The notes beneath the pieces are model-generated. The model saw nothing but the letters and a program-made list of their open reading frames with translations. It was not told the origin of the DNA and ran no database searches. A stretch of DNA of 64,000 nt from Akkermansia sp. GTDB lineage: Bacteria > Verrucomicrobiota > Verrucomicrobiia > Verrucomicrobiales > Akkermansiaceae. The stretch covers positions 571-64,570 of the forward strand of contig JAZQCA010000022.1 in assembly GCA_045545975.1 (NCBI GenBank), in the 5' to 3' direction. Position 1 is the stretch's first letter. Every line of letters starts with the position of its first letter. The position numbers and the translations under genes are program-made. Positions 59,748-64,000 of this stretch are shown one piece after another.

Positions 59748-59784
59748 GAAACAGATCGTACCGCAACCGGGAACGATCTGTTTC
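59748..59784 (-). terminator. Hairpin downstream of rpiB-glyA
   Basis: GAAACAGATCGT-13 nt-ACGATCTGTTTC perfect 12-bp stem, followed on the minus strand by TGCTTTATT. Confidence 0.65.
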
Positions 59785-59819
59785 CGAAAAAAGGGGGGAG
59801 CTCTTCCCGGCAAGCCCAA

Positions 59820-61505
59820 TCAGGGCATGGGGAAGGACTTGTTGAAGGCGCTGACTTCAGCACGAAGGGTATCGTAGGCTCCCTCCGTCTCGTGTACCTT
59901 CTGACCGGCCAGAATGGCCAGACAGCGGGCGATGTATTCAGCAACCTTGCGAACGTCCTCCTCCTTCATGCCACGAGTGGTCACAGCAGGCGTACCGATG
60001 CGGATGCCGGAGGGCTTAGCCGTGGTACCCTTGTCGTAGGGGATGGCGTTCTTGTTGACAGTTATGCCAACCTTGTCCAGCGCGATCTGTGCCTCTGCAC
60101 CATTGAGCCCCTTCACACTGAGGTCTACGAGGAAGCAGTGGTTATCCGTACCACCGGCAACAATGCGGAACCCTCGCTTGGTCAGCTCGGCGGCCATTGC
60201 CTTGGAGTTCTTGACCACCTGTGCTGCATACTCTCGGAACTCAGGCTTGAGAGCCTCACCCAGACAGGCAGCCTTGGCGGCGATCACATGCATGAGCGGT
60301 CCACCCTGCAATCCCGGGAAGGTGGCACTGTTGAGCTTCTTGGCCCACTTTTCCTTGCAGAGTACCATACCGCCACGCGGTCCACGCAGGCTCTTGTGAG
60401 TCGTGGTGGAAACAAAGTCAGCATAGGGAACAGGAGAGGGATGGGCTCCACCGGCTACCAGACCGGCAATGTGTGCCATGTCCACGAACATGATGGCTCC
60501 CACTTCGTCACATATCTCACGAATGCGCTTGAAGTCAATGGTACGGGAATAAGCAGAGGCGCCGGCCAGAATAAGTGCAGGTTTGCACTCTCGAGCCTTG
60601 GCGGCCATATCCTCGTAGTCAATGCACTCTGTCTCGGGGTTCACTCCGTAGTGTACTACATTGTACTGCTTACCGGAGAAGTTGGCAAAGAAACCATGGG
60701 AAAGGTGACCGCCACAGGCAAGATCCATGGTGAGGATCGTATCGCCGGGGTTGATGCATGCGTGGTACACGCTCATGTTGGCCTGAGAACCGGAATGAGC
60801 CTGAACATTTGCGAAATCACAGCCGAAGAGCGCACAGGCGCGGTCAATGGCGAGCTGCTCCACTTTATCAACGACCTCGCAACCACCATACCAGCGCTTG
60901 GAGGGATAACCCTCAGCATATTTATTGGTGAGGACGGAGCCCTGAGCCTCCATCACGGCAGGAGAGGCAAAGTTTTCGGAGGCAATCAGCTCGATGTTGT
61001 TGCGCTGACGATTATGCTCTTCCTCGATATAGGAGGCAAGCTCGGGATCGGAAGAAGCGAGCAAGGAGCCGGAGGCCTTTGCCAAACGTCGGCAATGACG
61101 GCCCCCCTCGAACTCGGCATCAAGCCAGGCATGAAGAAGATCATCCAAGTCATCGGGAGTGACGAAAGCGGAGGCTATGCACATGACATTTGAGTCATTG
61201 TGCTGACGGGAGAGCGCAGCCACTTGCGGAGTGCGGGTGAGTGTGGCGCGTATGCCGCGCCAGCGGTTGGCGGCAATGCTCATTCCCAGTCCGGAGAAAC
61301 AGATGAGAATACCTCGATCAACCCGACCATCTGTCACCAGCTTGCATACTGCATTGGCATAGTCCGAATAGTCGCAGGCCTCCTTGGTCTCGGGGCCTAC
61401 GTCCACTACCGTATATCCCCAGTTCTTAAGGATTTCTACGGCAACTTCCTTCAGATCCACACCCTTGTGGTCCGAACCGATTGCGATGCGAAGATTGGTG
61501 TTCAT
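59820..61505 (-). CDS. glyA: RpiB/LacAB sugar-phosphate isomerase domain fused to serine hydroxymethyltransferase
   Basis: N-terminal [43 protein letters not shown]; then [39 protein letters not shown]. Confidence 0.95.
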   Translation of the reverse strand: MNTNLRIAIGSDHKGVDLKEVAVEILKNWGYTVVDVGPETKEACDYSDYANAVCKLVTDGRVDRGILICFSGLGMSIAANRWRGIRATLTRTPQVAALSRQHNDSNVMCIASAFVTPDDLDDLLHAWLDAEFEGGRHCRRLAKASGSLLASSDPELASYIEEEHNRQRNNIELIASENFASPAVMEAQGSVLTNKYAEGYPSKRWYGGCEVVDKVEQLAIDRACALFGCDFANVQAHSGSQANMSVYHACINPGDTILTMDLACGGHLSHGFFANFSGKQYNVVHYGVNPETECIDYEDMAAKARECKPALILAGASAYSRTIDFKRIREICDEVGAIMFVDMAHIAGLVAGGAHPSPVPYADFVSTTTHKSLRGPRGGMVLCKEKWAKKLNSATFPGLQGGPLMHVIAAKAACLGEALKPEFREYAAQVVKNSKAMAAELTKRGFRIVAGGTDNHCFLVDLSVKGLNGAEAQIALDKVGITVNKNAIPYDKGTTAKPSGIRIGTPAVTTRGMKEEDVRKVAEYIARCLAILAGQKVHETEGAYDTLRAEVSAFNKSFPMP

Positions 61506-61562
61506 ACTGGTGTACGCCTGTTGCGCGAGCATTCTACCACAAAGGGGCTGCAATGGCAAGCA

Positions 61563-63353
61563 TTATTTCTCCGCGGCGGGCATAGGACCGACATAGGGTT
61601 GAGCATGCGGAGAGCTCAGATCAAGCGAGGGATCATAATACTCAGTCTGTATGCCGAAAAGGCCCAGCAAAGTGTGGAAGATGTGCTCATGGGCCACAGT
61701 CATATCCACATAGCGGCGCAACTGCTCCAGCCCTGCTGATATATGAGGGTGCAGAGAGTTGAACTCCGGCGAGGTCAGCACGAACATTCCCACGCGGCAG
61801 CCATCCGTGTCGTGATATGAGAAACGGCTTTCCCCCAAGGCTGCCCGCCCCCATATTCCGTCATGTCCCAGGAACTCCCCATGATCACTAACGTAGAGGT
61901 AGATATATGGGCGTCCCTCCAGGGCGACACATACACGGCGTATGAATTCATCCGTATAGTGAATGGTATTATCGTATGCATTGTTGACCTCCTCAGCATG
62001 AGCTGCCGGATTATCAAAACTCTGCACACTTGGAGAGAATGGCGGATTATCCGTGTCGTAATGATTAAAGGGAGTATGGCTACCTTCGTTATTAATGAAG
62101 AAGAGAAGATTATGATTGCGCGGGACACGTTGCAGCACATCCAGCATCTGGGGAACGGAGGTCCAAGGGCTGCCGGGAGCATTGAAGCGCTCCTCCGAAC
62201 AGGCCGTCAGCAGCCTGACTACCCGATCGTACTTCAACTGCTGACCTATCCTCCGACCAAAGAATGAATACACGCGGAACCCATGTTCCCGGAACAGATC
62301 CAGCACCGAACCGGTAGTCGGCTGCATGACCGGATCGGAATCATAGACATTGCGCCGGGCATTCGTCATGATGGCAATCTGAGCCTGGCAGGTATCATGC
62401 GCAGCGGATATGCAGTCAGAGAAGTTGATGATGTCAGAGCGTGTGGCCAGCCAGGGTGTCGTGTTGCGCTCATACCCATTTATGCTCATTCGGTCTGTGC
62501 GCACGCTCTCGCCAATGTGAACGACAAGCACCACACCTTCCCCTCCTTTCAGCGTAGTCATGGAAGAGGGCTTCTCCGTCGGTGAGTGCAAACTCTCCGC
62601 GAGGTTCACCGTAGTCTGGTTGTGATAGAACGCCTCATAGAGAGCCTCTGTCAGCTCAGCACCGCCGCCCACCACCGGCCAGTAGTAATCGATACTGCGA
62701 TGGTGAGATGGTACGGCTCCCCCCAGCAACAGAGAGAGTAGACAGAACAACCCACCCGCATTGAAAAGAGAAAGTTTGCTGCGTACCTGCCGCATGAGCA
62801 GGCTCAGCACAAGACAAAAAACACCCACCCCGACAACGGCCGCTATGACCAGCAGCAGATTAGTCCCTGACAGGTAGGCGGCAAAATCATCGCCGGAAGC
62901 CTCCAGGGTCTCTGCCAGTACAAGAGAGTTCAGCCGTGTGCCGTACTGCACATAAGCGCCAATCTGAGCCAGCTGCAGAAAGAGAAAGGGGAACCACCAC
63001 AGCAAAGAGGCATAGCGAAGTACCGACCAGAGCACACAAAAGGCACCCAAGGTCATGAAAACGGAAAGAGGCAACTGAAAAGGAGCCGCAAAGGCTCCGA
63101 CATTGCAACAGCAATCACAGACAACAGCCAGCAAGGTCAGCCACCAGAGAACTCTGACCGGAGGCAGCAGGGGGGTTCCCCGCCGATGACTGATCAGGCA
63201 GCTTACCAGCAGCAGCAGGAGTAGCACTAGCGGCAACTCCCATTCCATGGAGAAAGGAGCCTGCCACTGGAAGAGAGACCCTGCCGCCAAGATAAGCGGC
63301 AGGGGCAGAACGAAGGAAAAATACCCTCGGTAACTCTGCAACCAGCTCTTCAC
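61563..63353 (-). CDS. Phosphoethanolamine transferase (EptA-like, sulfatase fold)
   Basis: N-terminal TMs; VHIGESVR, HDT nucleophile region, EGSH, YDNTIHYTD, YVSDHGE, HIFHTLLG. Confidence 0.85.
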   Translation of the reverse strand: MKSWLQSYRGYFSFVLPLPLILAAGSLFQWQAPFSMEWELPLVLLLLLLVSCLISHRRGTPLLPPVRVLWWLTLLAVVCDCCCNVGAFAAPFQLPLSVFMTLGAFCVLWSVLRYASLLWWFPFLFLQLAQIGAYVQYGTRLNSLVLAETLEASGDDFAAYLSGTNLLLVIAAVVGVGVFCLVLSLLMRQVRSKLSLFNAGGLFCLLSLLLGGAVPSHHRSIDYYWPVVGGGAELTEALYEAFYHNQTTVNLAESLHSPTEKPSSMTTLKGGEGVVLVVHIGESVRTDRMSINGYERNTTPWLATRSDIINFSDCISAAHDTCQAQIAIMTNARRNVYDSDPVMQPTTGSVLDLFREHGFRVYSFFGRRIGQQLKYDRVVRLLTACSEERFNAPGSPWTSVPQMLDVLQRVPRNHNLLFFINNEGSHTPFNHYDTDNPPFSPSVQSFDNPAAHAEEVNNAYDNTIHYTDEFIRRVCVALEGRPYIYLYVSDHGEFLGHDGIWGRAALGESRFSYHDTDGCRVGMFVLTSPEFNSLHPHISAGLEQLRRYVDMTVAHEHIFHTLLGLFGIQTEYYDPSLDLSSPHAQPYVGPMPAAEK

Positions 63354-63385
63354 AACAGATGTCTGCCTGTGGGATCCAATGGAAA

Positions 63386-63991
63386 TCAGTGCTTACCGCA
63401 CTTGCATTCATGGCCCTCGCCATGGCCACCGCAACATTCGCCTTCGCCGTGCCTACCGCAACATTCGCCTTCGCCGTGCCCACCGCAACATTCGCCTTCG
63501 CCATGGCCACCGCAACATTCATGGGCCGAGTTCTTCTTGCAATCGCTCTCACAATCATCACAATTACCGCTGCAACCACCACCGCAGGAGCAGCTCACCT
63601 GCTGGCTCATGGAATCGGCCACCTCCTCATCAGTCGGAGCGCAGCCCTTCTCTATGGCAATGCTCAGGTACTGATTCACCGTGGCAAGCAGCTCATCTAG
63701 TTCCTGGCGTGCCTCCAAGAACCCCTTGCAGACGGAATTGTCCAGCACATCCTGTCGCAGACGATCAAAAGCGGCGAATTCCTCCTCAGAAGGGGGCATT
63801 CCCTCCATACTCTTACTGCGAAGAGTCTCGCCGTACTCATTCACCTTGCGGAAAAGATCCGTAGCCTCGGGGTTCTGGTAAAAGAGAGCAATACGGGCAC
63901 GGGCAGACACAACCTTCTGGCTCTGAGCGAAAGCATTTGCCAGCTCAGATGTAAGTTTTACAAGTTCCGGGGAAAGTGAGGTATTTGACAT
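63386..63991 (-). CDS. YlbF/YmcA (RicF/RicA-like) family protein with a Cys/His/Gly-rich tail
   Basis: Helical N-terminal domain (LANAFAQS..NPEA..FLEARQELDELLATVNQYL) then SCSCGGGCSGNC and (CCGGHGEGE)n. Confidence 0.75.
   Translation of the reverse strand: MSNTSLSPELVKLTSELANAFAQSQKVVSARARIALFYQNPEATDLFRKVNEYGETLRSKSMEGMPPSEEEFAAFDRLRQDVLDNSVCKGFLEARQELDELLATVNQYLSIAIEKGCAPTDEEVADSMSQQVSCSCGGGCSGNCDDCESDCKKNSAHECCGGHGEGECCGGHGEGECCGRHGEGECCGGHGEGHECKCGKH
63419..63520. repeat. 27-bp tandem repeat, 3 full copies plus 1 partial
   Basis: GCC(A/G)TG(G/C)C(C/T)ACCGCAACATTCGCCTTC at 63419, 63446, 63473 and partial at 63500; encodes EGECCG(G/R)HG. Confidence 0.92.
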
Positions 63992-64000
63992 AACAGAGTT

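Noticed and set aside
63419-63520. CRISPR-like array
   Set aside because: The 27-bp units are contiguous with no spacers, are in frame inside a CDS, and there are no cas genes.

Overview
A 64-kb stretch of core chromosome from an Akkermansia-like Verrucomicrobiota bacterium. This is inferred from the MKLHLP-type autotransporter, GH109, TIGR03790-like and DUF5069-like proteins and the RpiB-GlyA and RsmA-NUDIX fusions. It holds about 50 CDS (thiC, nadD, dsbD, lptF/G, argJ, fur-sufCBD-hisA, pflAB, menDBC, an RND pump, metF, pgsA, hemB, rsmA, glyA, an eptA-like gene) and three tRNAs (Ser-GGA, Ser-TGA, Arg-CCT). I saw no CRISPR array, IS element or prophage. The most interesting locus is 19.7-22.5 kb. 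There, a perfect 18-bp inverted repeat pair (20446-20463 and 20609-20626), each copy built like a tyrosine-recombinase core site, brackets an AT-rich promoter segment. That segment sits between a divergent ribbon-helix-helix gene and an arm-less tyrosine recombinase, which makes it a candidate invertible switch; flipping it would assemble a near-consensus promoter for the RHH gene. Other notable signals are pervasive leaderless promoter architecture, a tRNA-Ser carrying the alanine G3:U70 pair, a tandem-fused RND adaptor, a LamG/FG-GAP/HEXXH secreted protein beside a GH109, and a YlbF-like protein with a repeat-expanded Cys/His tail. All family assignments come from motif recognition by eye; no database searches were run.
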